DNA of 64,000 nt, taken from Terriglobia bacterium. Lineage in GTDB: Bacteria > Acidobacteriota > UBA6911. The notes below the pieces were generated by a model, which made no database searches, was not told the origin of the DNA, and was given only the letters and a program-made list of their open reading frames with translations. The first letter of the stretch is position 1. Each line of letters begins with the position of its first letter. The stretch lies in the NCBI GenBank assembly GCA_963739235.1, contig CAVTZY010000024.1:386402-450401 (forward strand). Direction: 5' to 3'. Shown in pieces: positions 63,421 to 64,000 of the stretch. The position numbers and the translations under genes were made by a program.

Positions 63421-64000
63421 ATGAACGCTTCAACAGAATCGAGTCCGCGCACTCCCAGCAGACCGAATCATCGGGCGTATTTCGGCTATCTGCATGCCGT
63501 GATCTGCTTGGGGCTGGTTTCCGTGGTCACCGCTCTCTTTCAGTTGCCGCACATGCACCTTGGCTACCAGTGGCTCATCTTCGTCGGCTTGACGATCGTT
63601 ACCAGCTCTTGCACCATCCGCATCCCCGGTACCAACTCCAAGATCTCGATCGGCGACACATTCTTTTTCACCAATGTCATCCTTTATGGAACTCCTGCAG
63701 GAATCATCACGGCTGCCGTGGATGCTCTTGTGAGTTCTTTGCGTGCCCGGAACCGGTCCCGTCGTTTCCAGTACACTCTTTTCAATGTCGCCGCCATAGC
63801 CTGCTCTGCTCAGATCGCCGGCACGGTGTTTTTCAGCACGATCCATCGAGGGCCCCTCTTCCAGCAGGGCATGCCGGCAGTCGTTGACATGTTCTTCCCT
63901 CTGGCAGCGCTGGCCTTCGCGCACTATCTTGTCAATTCCGGCAGTGTCGCCATTATCGTAGCCCTTGAAAAAAACAAGAACATCATCAGAATCTGGCGGG
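63421..64000 (+). CDS. 5' part of a polytopic membrane sensor-domain protein (continues beyond the window; N-terminal domain type seen in HD-GYP/GGDEF-class signalling proteins)
   Basis: My own translation from the ATG at 63421 is open to the window end: MNASTESSPRTPSRPNHRAYFGYLHAVICLGLVSVVTALF..TIRIPGTNSKISIGDTFFFTNVILYGTPAG... It is absent from the ORF track because there is no stop codon. At least 5 hydrophobic segments. Confidence 0.55.
   Translation, partial: MNASTESSPRTPSRPNHRAYFGYLHAVICLGLVSVVTALFQLPHMHLGYQWLIFVGLTIVTSSCTIRIPGTNSKISIGDTFFFTNVILYGTPAGIITAAVDALVSSLRARNRSRRFQYTLFNVAAIACSAQIAGTVFFSTIHRGPLFQQGMPAVVDMFFPLAALAFAHYLVNSGSVAIIVALEKNKNIIRIWR

Overview
This is a 64 kb, GC-rich, gene-dense bacterial chromosome segment. 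The gene content suggests Acidobacteriota, but that is inference only, since no database search was possible. It includes an acidobacterial-type vWA/TPR protein, a duplicated orphan MacB/FtsX-type permease, a >1200-aa CarboxypepD_reg + TonB-like outer-membrane protein, and many secreted peptidases and TPR proteins. I can support about 37 protein-coding genes or pseudogenes. They are MntP, a GH2+PA14 glycosidase, a HepT/MntA toxin-antitoxin pair, a PilT-type ATPase and a membrane protein with a catalytically dead kinase domain. There are two IS elements: a 2.6-kb IS with a 764-aa DDE transposase, and an IS110-family element. There is a cytochrome c / membrane protein / Rieske trio and a set of peptidases (HExxH metalloprotease, M28, CocE/NonD, S9 and three S8). 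The rest are a decayed cyclophilin, REC+MraZ, HrpB, a corrinoid-binding protein, a TMTC-like TPR membrane protein, a REP-associated Y1 transposase (RAYT) and a 1723-aa protein of unknown function. I saw no rRNA, tRNA or CRISPR array. Three things stand out. (i) A tandem cassette of three S8 subtilases has C-termini carrying 8-10 copies of an invariant hexapeptide (G/A)(V/I)LWGD that I cannot assign to a named repeat family. The cassette also has a shared upstream DNA element and a small WGD/WGE-repeat ORF, and it is my best candidate for an undescribed system. (ii) The window has an unusually dense and diverse set of palindromic repeat families. These include a nested MITE with 11-bp target duplications, RAYT-flanking REP arrays and constant-motif/variable-hairpin modules. 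(iii) Several genes are frameshifted, mostly at short homopolymers, so sequencing indels versus real decay must be resolved. All functional calls come from motif recognition by eye. Repeat coordinates are good to about +/-10 nt.
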